Below, piece by piece: positions 30,268 through 38,769 of a stretch of 64,000 bases of DNA. Every line of letters begins with the position of its first letter. Position 1 is the first letter of the stretch. A program made the position numbers and the translations under genes. The stretch comes from Candidatus Bathyarchaeia archaeon (GTDB taxonomy: Archaea; Thermoproteota; Bathyarchaeia; Bathyarchaeales; Bathycorpusculaceae), in NCBI GenBank assembly GCA_038727135.1, contig JAVYWL010000001.1, forward strand, positions 128,001-192,000. Reading direction: 5' to 3'. The notes under the pieces are model-generated. The model ran no database searches and had not been told where the DNA came from. It saw nothing but the letters and a program-made list of their open reading frames with translations.

Positions 30268-31649
30268 TTGGCTCCCCCTATCAAAACTTTTGTTCTTAGG
30301 CTTGCCCCGCCCATGCCAACGTAGTTTATCTGTTCTTTACCGCATAAGCCTACACGCATTATGAAGTCTTTTCCTATAGCGTCCACATTTTTTAGAACTT
30401 CGAAGGCGTTTCCGCTTATCGTCACGCCTCGAAGGGATTCGGCGAATTCGCCGTTCTTTATTCTTATGGCTTCTTGTGTGCCGAACATGAATTCTCCATT
30501 GAAGTCAGCTTGCCCCGAAAGCCCGCCCTTTAGGAAGAAGCCCTCTTCTATGTCTTCTGCAAGCTCCTCTAATGTGTAATCGCCTTTTTCGATGTAGGTG
30601 TTCCTCATCCTTATGATTGGGTCGTATTCGAAGGTCCATGCACGGGCGTTTCCGGTTGGGCTGACCCCGAAATGTTGGGCTGTTTCACGGGAGTGCAGAA
30701 AACTTTTGCAGACGCCTTTCTCTATTATGACCGTTTTCTGCGTTGGCACACCCTCATCATCATACTTCATTGTTCCAAAACCGTTTGGATATACTCCATC
30801 ATCAACCAGAGTTACCTTTTCAGAGGCAACCTTTTCGCCTATCTTGTTGGCTAGGAAGCTTCCGCCGAAAACGAGATCTGCCTCCGCACAGTGTCCAACA
30901 GCCTCGTGGGCTAATAATCCAACAATGCGATTTTCGAGAATTACTTGATGATATCCCGCGGGCGCCACTTTTGCTGAAACAAGTTTACTCGCTCTCTCAG
31001 CAGCTGTTAAGCCAGCATTCATTAACGGCGTTTTCTCCAAAACCTCTAATCCAGATTGTTCACCAATGCTTTCGTAGGCGGAGGTGATGTTTCCCTTTTC
31101 TTTGGCGACAACCATTACGCTTCCAAAGCACCGCACTATCCGCTGGTGAATTTCGGAACCCTCAGAGTTTAGGAAGGCTAGGTTGTCGTCAACAATGTTG
31201 AAGGTTACAGTGTCGGAAACTATTGTTTTGGAGAAGTCCCTAACGGCTTTGTCCACGTCTATGACTAGGCTTACAAGCTCTTCTCTGTCCGCTTTTTCGG
31301 GGTCTTTCTTCATTGGAGTTTCATACTTGTCCACGTATGGTTTTAGGCTCGCAAGTTTCACGGCGCGTTTCTTTTTTGGCTTTGAGGACCTAGCAAGGGA
31401 AGAAGCATCCTTCAACATTTTAGCAATTTTCTCCTTCTCAAGCGTTGTTGAAGAGGCGAAACCCCAGCTTCCATCTATAAGAACCCTTGCACATGCACCC
31501 TCCACAGCTCCGCTGTTTAGCGCGTCGATTTTTCCATCCTTAACGGAAATGTTGAAGGCTTGTCTTTTATGGTATCGCAGTTCCACATAACCTTCCACGT
31601 GTTTTTTGAGGCTTTCCTTCAAAACTTCAACAGCCACAATTTTCACCAA
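30264..31649 (-). CDS. tldD: TldD metalloprotease
   Basis: LAHEAVGHCAEAD (HEXXXH), YDDEGVP, RMRNTY, CGK. Confidence 0.92.
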   Translation of the reverse strand: MVKIVAVEVLKESLKKHVEGYVELRYHKRQAFNISVKDGKIDALNSGAVEGACARVLIDGSWGFASSTTLEKEKIAKMLKDASSLARSSKPKKKRAVKLASLKPYVDKYETPMKKDPEKADREELVSLVIDVDKAVRDFSKTIVSDTVTFNIVDDNLAFLNSEGSEIHQRIVRCFGSVMVVAKEKGNITSAYESIGEQSGLEVLEKTPLMNAGLTAAERASKLVSAKVAPAGYHQVILENRIVGLLAHEAVGHCAEADLVFGGSFLANKIGEKVASEKVTLVDDGVYPNGFGTMKYDDEGVPTQKTVIIEKGVCKSFLHSRETAQHFGVSPTGNARAWTFEYDPIIRMRNTYIEKGDYTLEELAEDIEEGFFLKGGLSGQADFNGEFMFGTQEAIRIKNGEFAESLRGVTISGNAFEVLKNVDAIGKDFIMRVGLCGKEQINYVGMGGASLRTKVLIGGAK

Positions 31650-31700
31650 TCAGCATAATCATAGGCTTTAGAATAAAAAATTTGGCATTAGAATTGACTA

Positions 31701-31946
31701 TTAGTCTTCGCTTTCTTGCAATTCTTGAATTCCGCTTAGCTCGGTTTTAATGAAGACCTTTTTTATTCCAAGGTAAATTGTTAGGCAGCCGAATATTACT
31801 GCTCCAGCTAGGAGGGACGCTAAGGCGAGTAGGATAAACTGCTTTTTTAAGGTGTCGTCAAAGGCTTGCAGGGATAAATATGAAAAGTAGAAAGTTAGGA
31901 AGAGGCAGATTGCAACTGTTACAACTATTGCTGACTCCGCCTTCAA
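31701..31946 (-). CDS. small two-TM membrane protein
   Basis: Two hydrophobic helices. Confidence 0.5.
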   Translation of the reverse strand: MKAESAIVVTVAICLFLTFYFSYLSLQAFDDTLKKQFILLALASLLAGAVIFGCLTIYLGIKKVFIKTELSGIQELQESED

Positions 31947-32119
31947 TCGTAATGCACCATGTCGCCTTTCAAGGCTAAAAAACGGTTGAGTTTCAAAAAG
32001 GCTTTATGAATTAAAAATTCAAATAGAAACTAAACAGTTAGATGGTTTGGAAATGGCTTTAAGGCTTAAAGGGAAAAACCGTATAAAAAGGTTCAGAAAA
32101 GTTGCGGCTAATTTGATAT

Positions 32120-33205
32120 CTAAGTTATATGTGGAGAAGGTTTTACGTCAGAGGCTTTAGCCCAGAAAAGGTAAACTTTTGTCTGCATTAGGAAGCTTAG
32201 CCTTTTCAACACTTTTGCCAGCCCTTCACTGTTTAGCTTTTCTATTTTTTCTTTGAATTCCGTGTGGCTTGGGTAGGCTTTGCTTGCTGGTATGATTCTT
32301 TTTCTTGGGATGACGCCTTTCTCTGAAAGTTCTGTTAGGATTTTTATGATCTCGCTTCTGCCGATTTCGTTTATCTTTTCTATGTTGCATTTCTGGTTTT
32401 GGAGCATGTAGGGCTTAAAGCCTAGGGCTTCCAGCTTTTCTATGGCTTTTTGCAGATGGGGGTTGGGTTTGCTTTCTGCTATTTTTTGCATTCCAGCCCT
32501 TTCAAAGAAGGGGTTGTATTTTGCCATAACTGCCAGTGTTTCCACGTAGGGTGTTCCAGCTAATGGTAGGGTTTCTTTGACGAGTTTTGTGCCTAAGCCT
32601 ATTGCACGGTATTTTGGGTGTATTATTACTCGGGTTATTGTGCTGACTTGTTCTTGGAGTTGTTGGTGGTTTCCTTTCCAGACTTGGCTTCTGCCGAACA
32701 TTGTTGGCGGCGGGTGGCTGTAGACGATTACTCCGCATGTTTCTTCTTCGCGTTTCATGGCGAAGATTTTTCTTGGCGGTGGCAGGTGGCTTGAGCGGTA
32801 GTGGAATTGGCTTAAAGCCTTGTAGTCGGCTGTTGTGCCTTGTTCTATACGTATTTCTCGGGTTAGGCTGCACTCTTTTGCTGGTGTGTTTGGTTGGTGG
32901 TGGACTGTTATTTCTTTGCCTAACCTCTTGTGGATGTGAACTGATGGGTTTAGGTCTTCGTGGAGGTCTGTGTGGGTTGTGGCGGCTATAACTGTTTTTG
33001 CCATGCGTCTTGCTGTTTTTTGGAGGTTGTATGCCACTATTTTTGCTGTGTCGCGGTCTAGAGTTGCTGCGAACTCGTCTAGTATCCAGAATTGGGCTTG
33101 GCTTTCTATTAGTTTGGCGATTTTGTATCGGTATTTTTGTCCTTCGCTGAGTTGCCGATAGGTGCGGAGGAATAGGAAGGCGTCATTTAGGCCTACTAGG
33201 CTGAG
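32120..33205 (-). pseudogene. 5'-truncated ABC-ATPase-GNAT acetyltransferase fusion (COG2401-like)
   Basis: The frame upstream of the GTG at 33037 reads LSLVGLNDAFLFLRTYRQLSEGQKYR...FWILDEFAATLDR (ABC signature and Walker B) up to a TAA at about 33208. Walker A is missing. GNAT motifs FHYR, RVIIHPKYRAIGLG, MAKYNPFFERAG are intact. Confidence 0.8.
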
Positions 33206-33974
33206 TTAGCCATGTGTTTTGGTCTTCTGCCCATTCTGCTTGCATTTCGCGTTGCCATCGCCACTGGTCGTTTTCCAGCTGGCGCCTAATCTTTTGGAGG
33301 ATTTCGCGTTTTAGTGGTCCGTTGGGTTCTGTGGCTTGTTGGTGGGTTACGTGGCTTTTTGCGTAGTCGCTGTAGGCTGGGTCGTGCCAGATCCGCCAGA
33401 AGATGCTGTCTGTGTGCCATGGCGTTGATGTGCATATGAATTTTCCGTTTGTTGCGCTTAGTGTAAAGAGTATGGCGTCGTAGAGTTCTTTGTCGTTTGG
33501 TATAAAATTGAATTCGTCTGCGTAGACGATATGCAATGTTGGTCCGCGTATTGTTTCCGGATTGTTCGGATAAGCCTCTATTATGCTTCCGTTTTTTAGG
33601 CGTACCGCCGTTTGCTGGGGTTTTTCGTATAATCCTTTTGGGAGCCTTTTGAGGAGCGTGTTTATTCGGCGGACGACGTGTTTTGTTTGGCGCCAGCTTG
33701 GTCCAACTATGCCTATCTGCGTGTTTGGGTTTGTTAGTGCGTAGTGGAGTAGGAGGGCGGATACTGTTTGGGTTTTTCCGCTTTGACGGCACCATCTGGC
33801 GGCTGTGAATTGGCTGGTTTGGAACTGGCGGATTAGGTCTGTTTGGTACTGGGTTGGTTGGAAGCCTAGGATTTGGGTGCAGAATTCTATTGGGTCTTTT
33901 GGTATGGGCGGCGTTAGGGCTTCAGCAAGCGCCTGTTCCAGTTGGCGGAGTTTTTGTTTTTGTCTTGGCTTCAT
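33183..33974 (-). pseudogene. terminase large subunit, ATPase domain only (nuclease domain missing)
   Basis: RWCRQSGKT Walker A, IRGPT, YADEF Walker B, STP coupling motif, REMQAEW; ends at 263 aa. Confidence 0.85.
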
Positions 33975-34320
33975 CTATGAGCCTCTCGAGTTTTGCTAGG
34001 TCTTCATCTATTTGGTGTTCGTCGAAGTGAGTGGCTACGCCGTTTATTATTTGGGCTATGTAGGCGGCTACGCGTGCCCATCTTTGCCTCTGGCTGATGG
34101 TTATTCTTTGGGGTTTGCCGTTTTCTGTTTGGTATTGGATTTCTCCTTTTGCCATTTCGGAAGCCATGTTGAAGAGTTCTTCGAGTTGTTTCATGGTTTT
34201 CAGTCTGATTTTCTGGGTATCTGTTTTCACCTCCTCTTTTAGTTCTGCCACTCGTCTCTTCAACATGGCTGTGCGGGAAGGCTTTGCGGTGTCAATTTTG
34301 CTAGGCTGGAAGGACTGCAA
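33922..34320 (-). CDS. helical protein upstream of TerL, candidate terminase small subunit
   Basis: Position and overlap directly 5' of TerL, coiled-coil character; function inferred from synteny only. Confidence 0.5.
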   Translation of the reverse strand: MQSFQPSKIDTAKPSRTAMLKRRVAELKEEVKTDTQKIRLKTMKQLEELFNMASEMAKGEIQYQTENGKPQRITISQRQRWARVAAYIAQIINGVATHFDEHQIDEDLAKLERLIDEAKTKTKTPPTGTGAC

Positions 34321-34335
34321 AATTGGATACCCCCT

Positions 34336-34575
34336 CTAGGTTTTTTGTGCTATGAGGATGCCGCTTACTGTTCCAGTTAAGCCTGTTATGGCGGCGAAGA
34401 TTTCGCTATTCCATCTTCCAAGAAAAGCCAGGTGGGCGACTTCTAGGGCGGATAGGCATATTGTCATGGCTATGGCGAATTTTATGCCTATGAGAAGCCT
34501 TTGGTCTGGTGGGATTTCGCCCTTGCGGGTTCTTCTTGTTAAAGCCTTTTTAATCCAGTCAGGCATGGTTTTCAA
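34336..34575 (-). CDS. small two-TM membrane protein
   Basis: Basic N-terminus plus two hydrophobic helices; overlaps the upstream gene. Confidence 0.55.
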   Translation of the reverse strand: MKTMPDWIKKALTRRTRKGEIPPDQRLLIGIKFAIAMTICLSALEVAHLAFLGRWNSEIFAAITGLTGTVSGILIAQKT

Positions 34576-34951
34576 CCCTCTGTTGGTGGTGTTTTTTGCC
34601 CTTTATTGAGGCGCGTTTGCCGCCCACCAAGAAGCTGTTTAGGAGCTGTTTGGCTTCTTCAGGCGGAACATGGGCTTTGGCGATTACATTGGTGTTGCTT
34701 GTCCAAGCCAGTGGCACAGCCGTATAGTCAATGTCGTAGAAGCCATCAGCATAGCGAAAACAGTTCTGAGCCAAAATAATATGCCGGTTCTTAGAACCCA
34801 AAACGCCTAGAAATATGCCCCAACTGACGACCGGAACGTCTATGCCGTTTAAACCGCCGCTTAGGCTTTTGCCTATGCTGGCGTCAAACCACTCAACACG
34901 AACCAAATCACCAAGACTTAAACCTTTAACCCGCCTAACAACCTCCCTCAT
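34559..34951 (-). CDS. hypothetical virus-associated protein (SH3-like beta start GDLVRVEWFDAS)
   Basis: 130-aa ORF heading the terminase operon. Confidence 0.55.
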   Translation of the reverse strand: MREVVRRVKGLSLGDLVRVEWFDASIGKSLSGGLNGIDVPVVSWGIFLGVLGSKNRHIILAQNCFRYADGFYDIDYTAVPLAWTSNTNVIAKAHVPPEEAKQLLNSFLVGGKRASIKGKKHHQQRVENHA

Positions 34952-35029
34952 ACACCATCATCAAACAGAACACAAGCAAGGATTGAATATAAAGAGAGGC
35001 AAAATTCAGAAATTTACAAATTCATAAAC

Positions 35030-35527
35030 TTAAGGGATACGAACGCCTTTGGGAATTATAGTTGAGAAATCTATTTCTTTTTTCCGTTCATCCCATTGAG
35101 CAATAAAGATATGCCTATCGCGCGAATAGTAAAGTATATCATTCCTTCTGGCAACATTAAAAAGAAGATTTATTGAATTTGAGACTCCTTTTGGTGAAAG
35201 TATTATAGAATACAATGGTAAGGCAACCTTGCTGTATCCTAACAATTGGGAAAAATCCCGTAGGTTTATTCTACCGAGTTTACATTCAATAAGTCCCAAA
35301 TGCGCTTCTTTGTCTGATTTTACAACAACCCCGGTTACATCAACTTCAACCTCATACGTTTGGTGGTCAGGAAAGTATACATGAAAACCTTTCTCAAGAA
35401 GCCATTTTGAGAGAACCTTTTTAGAAGTATCCTCGACACATATTCTAGCATTTTTAAACTTACTTTGCAACGTTTTCTTGAACCACAAACAGACATCAGG
35501 ATACATTTCTTTCTCTTTCTTATACAA
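35030..35527 (-). CDS. small PD-(D/E)xK nuclease-like protein
   Basis: N-terminal E (KEKEMY), EVDVTG, IECK, then SQLLGY helix (Q..Y motif typical of Mrr/RecB-like nucleases). Confidence 0.7.
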   Translation of the reverse strand: MYKKEKEMYPDVCLWFKKTLQSKFKNARICVEDTSKKVLSKWLLEKGFHVYFPDHQTYEVEVDVTGVVVKSDKEAHLGLIECKLGRINLRDFSQLLGYSKVALPLYSIILSPKGVSNSINLLFNVARRNDILYYSRDRHIFIAQWDERKKEIDFSTIIPKGVRIP

Positions 35528-35534
35528 TTCCTTT

Positions 35535-36515
35535 TCACTTCTTCTTTTTAGATTCCATCCATTTGGTCAGTCGTTTATGCCTTTTAACGAAATTTGCGTA
35601 TCTTACGCAACCCAAATCCGCGCAAATCTGCCAATAAGAGTCGTAATGCTTTCCACGAATTTCTAAAGGTAGTTTCTCAGAATTTTCAGCAGGATGCTTC
35701 GGTTTAGTTTTTCTTCTTTTTGGCGGATTGCAAAAGTTTGCCTTTGCAAACCCCTTCGTCTTATTATATTCTGCAAGTTCTTCAAGTATTTCTTGTTTAT
35801 GGGACATATAGAAACCTATTTTCTCAAAATCATCTGCAAAAATTTTTATTTGGTGCTCTCTCGCCCAAGCATCCTTCCGTCCAGCCTTATATTCCCTTAA
35901 ACTTGGGTCTCTAGTATTAGGGTGACCCCACTGAATAACATCTACAGGAATTCCCAAATGATCTTGCAAAAGATGACAAATTTGAACCGGCAAACGCCAA
36001 TTGGATGGACTGTTAAGGACATCCAGATAAACCCTACATTTTCCCCACCTATTTCTGTTCGCCCACCTGGCAGATCCAGCAACATCGGCAAATCCGCGGA
36101 TAAATTCCTTTTTAATGGAATCGCTTGACTCAAAAATTTGGTCGGGAATTTCGAACTCATAGTAAGAGCTTCTACCTTTCATAAGCATTCTGATATTCCG
36201 CAAAAACATGGTATTTTTTAATGTTTCGAGTACAAGATAGACCGAATGTTCGCTCTCAGTTTTTCTAACGTTAACATCTGCAAGTTCATTAACCCTATTT
36301 ATGGCTCTGTCCAAGCTTAACAATATTTTATCTTTTTGTGTTATCTTCTTCTCTACACCTTCAACCTCTAAATTCCTAAAGGGAAATTCTATGGAAATTC
36401 GCTTTACTCTTCCTTGATCAGATATTTCGCCCCTAGCGGTTATTAATCCAATAAAATAAGCCACATCTTCATCGATATAGTCAAGCGAGGTCTTCTTCGA
36501 CTTCAATTTCTTCAA
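35535..36515 (-). CDS. double LAGLIDADG-like domain protein, third-party to or subunit of a restriction system
   Basis: AYFIGLITARGEI and KEFIRGFADVAGS resemble the two LAGLIDADG helices; IPDQIFESSDSIKKEFIRG matches the usual block before helix 2. Confidence 0.65.
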   Translation of the reverse strand: MKKLKSKKTSLDYIDEDVAYFIGLITARGEISDQGRVKRISIEFPFRNLEVEGVEKKITQKDKILLSLDRAINRVNELADVNVRKTESEHSVYLVLETLKNTMFLRNIRMLMKGRSSYYEFEIPDQIFESSDSIKKEFIRGFADVAGSARWANRNRWGKCRVYLDVLNSPSNWRLPVQICHLLQDHLGIPVDVIQWGHPNTRDPSLREYKAGRKDAWAREHQIKIFADDFEKIGFYMSHKQEILEELAEYNKTKGFAKANFCNPPKRRKTKPKHPAENSEKLPLEIRGKHYDSYWQICADLGCVRYANFVKRHKRLTKWMESKKKK

Positions 36516-37344
36516 CCCTATTCTTCCTGAATATTAAGATGTATTCATGAACTTTATTCACAATGAAAACATACGGATAGCCCAATGGTCGCAAGTTACT
36601 GTACTCTTTACGTCTATCCCAAATTATTATATCTTCAAGAAGAAAACCTATCTCCGCCATCATATTTGCTACGCGCATATGAAACGGAATGAACTGAGAA
36701 CCTTGACGAATATCCATAACAATAACGATACATCGTTTACCGTTTTTTAAAACAACATAAACTTTTTCAAAAATAGACTTCAATTCATCCATAAACTTAT
36801 TGAAATCTGAGATGTTCCCGAGATCCCTTTCTAAAGACGAATATGGTCTTGGTTCCTTATAGTCTGCCGTCCTCTTTCTTGTATGAATGTTCCAGTAGGG
36901 GGGAGAAGTTATCACTAAATCCACAGAGTTAGGTTTTACATACATCAATAGGTTTTTGGCGTCCTCACAATAAATATCAGGATCTTCAACACCAAGGTGT
37001 ATAAGCTTCTGTTGAGATATCCTCTTTTTTGCAAGCTCTACAAAATCTGGGTTGATATCAAAACCAATTCCCTTCCGTTCCAAGTCTCTAGCAGCAACTA
37101 TTGCACTACCACTACCCATAAAGGGGTCTAAAACCACATCACCTTTTTTAGTATATATCTCAATCAGTCTTCGACATAATTCCACAGGAAACATAGCTGG
37201 ATGTTTGAGTTTAACTTCTTCCCTTGACTTTACAATATCCCATATGCTAATAGAATATCTCTCCCAAGTTTTCCCATCTAACTCGTTCAACTTCTCCTTT
37301 TTCTTAATGGTTGCCTGAACTTCCTGGTCATTCATAAGCCTCAC
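36481..37344 (-). CDS. amino (likely N4-cytosine) DNA methyltransferase
   Basis: HPAMFP, VLDPFMGSGS (motif I), DLVITSPPY (motif IV), IIIWD..K, HEYILIFRK. Confidence 0.92.
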   Translation of the reverse strand: MRLMNDQEVQATIKKKEKLNELDGKTWERYSISIWDIVKSREEVKLKHPAMFPVELCRRLIEIYTKKGDVVLDPFMGSGSAIVAARDLERKGIGFDINPDFVELAKKRISQQKLIHLGVEDPDIYCEDAKNLLMYVKPNSVDLVITSPPYWNIHTRKRTADYKEPRPYSSLERDLGNISDFNKFMDELKSIFEKVYVVLKNGKRCIVIVMDIRQGSQFIPFHMRVANMMAEIGFLLEDIIIWDRRKEYSNLRPLGYPYVFIVNKVHEYILIFRKNRVEEIEVEEDLA

Positions 37345-37436
37345 TACTCTAAATTGTATTTGTGTAGGTTATTTATAAGTTGAGATATTATGAAAGTGCA
37401 AGGTAAGAGCGCGGTGGTTTAGGGTAAAGTGAAAGC

Positions 37437-37655
37437 ATGTACGACAAAGACGTTGACATACTTTACCTGCTATTTAAAGAGGACCAAAGCCACGAAGTGA
37501 TGGAGGCTGATCCAGACATCTACCGAGAACTCGGAAAAGGCGAAATCAGTCATATCCACAGCCATCAAAAACTTCACTTCCGAAGGAAGCCCTTCCAGAC
37601 TTTTCAAGAAGCCCCAACTCCTCAACCCTTAATAAAGCATGAAACAATAAAATAG
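37437..37655 (+). pseudogene. degenerate DUF2283-like small protein
   Basis: YDKDVDILYLLF matches the YD..D.LY motif; the C-terminal half diverges and the upstream gtg aaa gca tg tac looks like a 1-nt deletion. Confidence 0.45.
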
Positions 37656-37679
37656 CTTTCACAAACATAGACCGGCTGG

Positions 37680-38594
37680 ATGAAAATGAAACCCAGAAAG
37701 TTTGAAGGCATATTTGTCCCATGCATTACGCCTTTCACGGAAAAAGGCGAAATAGACTTTGAAGCACTACGCACATGCACACGGTTCTGGATTGAAAATG
37801 GCATAGATGGGCTTATGCCTTGTGGCAGTAATGGCGAAGCCCCCTACCTGGCGAGGGAGGAACGCCAAAAAATAGTCGCCACAGTCCTAGAAGAGGCTAA
37901 AAACAGCGTGAGGGTTGTTGCTGGCACTGGTGCGCCCAGCACATGGGAAACCATACGCCTAACAAGAGACGCCAAGGACTTGGGCGTTGACGCCGCAGTA
38001 GTGGTTACACCCTACTATTTTAGGCTTTCAAACCGAGAACTAATAGCCCACTACAAAGCTGTTTTAGAGGCCGTAGACCTGCCAATAATCCTATACAGCG
38101 TTCCAAAGTTTACAGGCTACGCCCTAGAACCAGCCGTAATAGCAGAACTCGCCAAAGAATATTCGAACGTGGTGGGCGTGAAGGACAGCGGCGGAAACAT
38201 AGCCACAATAACGGAGACAATACGCCTAGTAGGCGAAAAAATGGCTGTTTTGGCTGGAACAGCTGACGTTGTGCTGCCAACACTAATGTTGGGAGGAAAA
38301 GGCGCCGTAATAGCCGTAGCCAACACCTACCCTAAGCTTTGTGCAAACCTATACAAAGCCTACAAGCAAGGCAATATCGGAAAAGCGGCAAAACTTCAAA
38401 GGACAATAACCCACATAAACGAAGTTCTAGTCAGACGCTTCAACCAGCTCTCAGCCATAAAAGAAGCAATGCGGATGTTAGGATTGCCTGGAGGCTACCC
38501 GCGCATGCCAACCCTACCCCTAAGCGATGTGGAAAAAGCCGAAATAAAAAGCCTACTGGAAGCTGTCAAGGTGGAGGCGGAAACTGAAGCCTAA
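37680..38594 (+). CDS. dapA: dihydrodipicolinate synthase family aldolase
   Basis: ITPF, CGSNGE, AGTGA, VTPYY, ILYSVP, GVKDSGG (Schiff-base Lys). Confidence 0.85.
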   Translation: MKMKPRKFEGIFVPCITPFTEKGEIDFEALRTCTRFWIENGIDGLMPCGSNGEAPYLAREERQKIVATVLEEAKNSVRVVAGTGAPSTWETIRLTRDAKDLGVDAAVVVTPYYFRLSNRELIAHYKAVLEAVDLPIILYSVPKFTGYALEPAVIAELAKEYSNVVGVKDSGGNIATITETIRLVGEKMAVLAGTADVVLPTLMLGGKGAVIAVANTYPKLCANLYKAYKQGNIGKAAKLQRTITHINEVLVRRFNQLSAIKEAMRMLGLPGGYPRMPTLPLSDVEKAEIKSLLEAVKVEAETEA

Positions 38595-38769
38595 GCCTCT
38601 TTATTAGGGCTTTCACCCGCTCCCCATCCCTCAAGTAATCCTCGATTATGGCGTTTACAAGCTGATAAATCCTCAAATCATTCAACAATGCCAACTTCCG
38701 AACCTCCCGATGCAAGTCTTCACGAACTTCCACGACTGTCCTCCTAAAATCCCTAGACAACCCGCGCAC
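38566..38769 (-). CDS. ribbon-helix-helix DNA-binding protein
   Basis: RTVVEVREDLHREVRKLA...IYQLVNAIIEDYL pattern; last gene of the tail operon. Confidence 0.65.
   Translation of the reverse strand: MRGLSRDFRRTVVEVREDLHREVRKLALLNDLRIYQLVNAIIEDYLRDGERVKALIKRLRLQFPPPP

Noticed and set aside
35535-36515. Intein or mobile intron-encoded homing endonuclease
   Set aside because: No intein splice motifs (N-terminal C/S, C-terminal HN) and no interrupted host gene; the catalytic acidic residues appear absent
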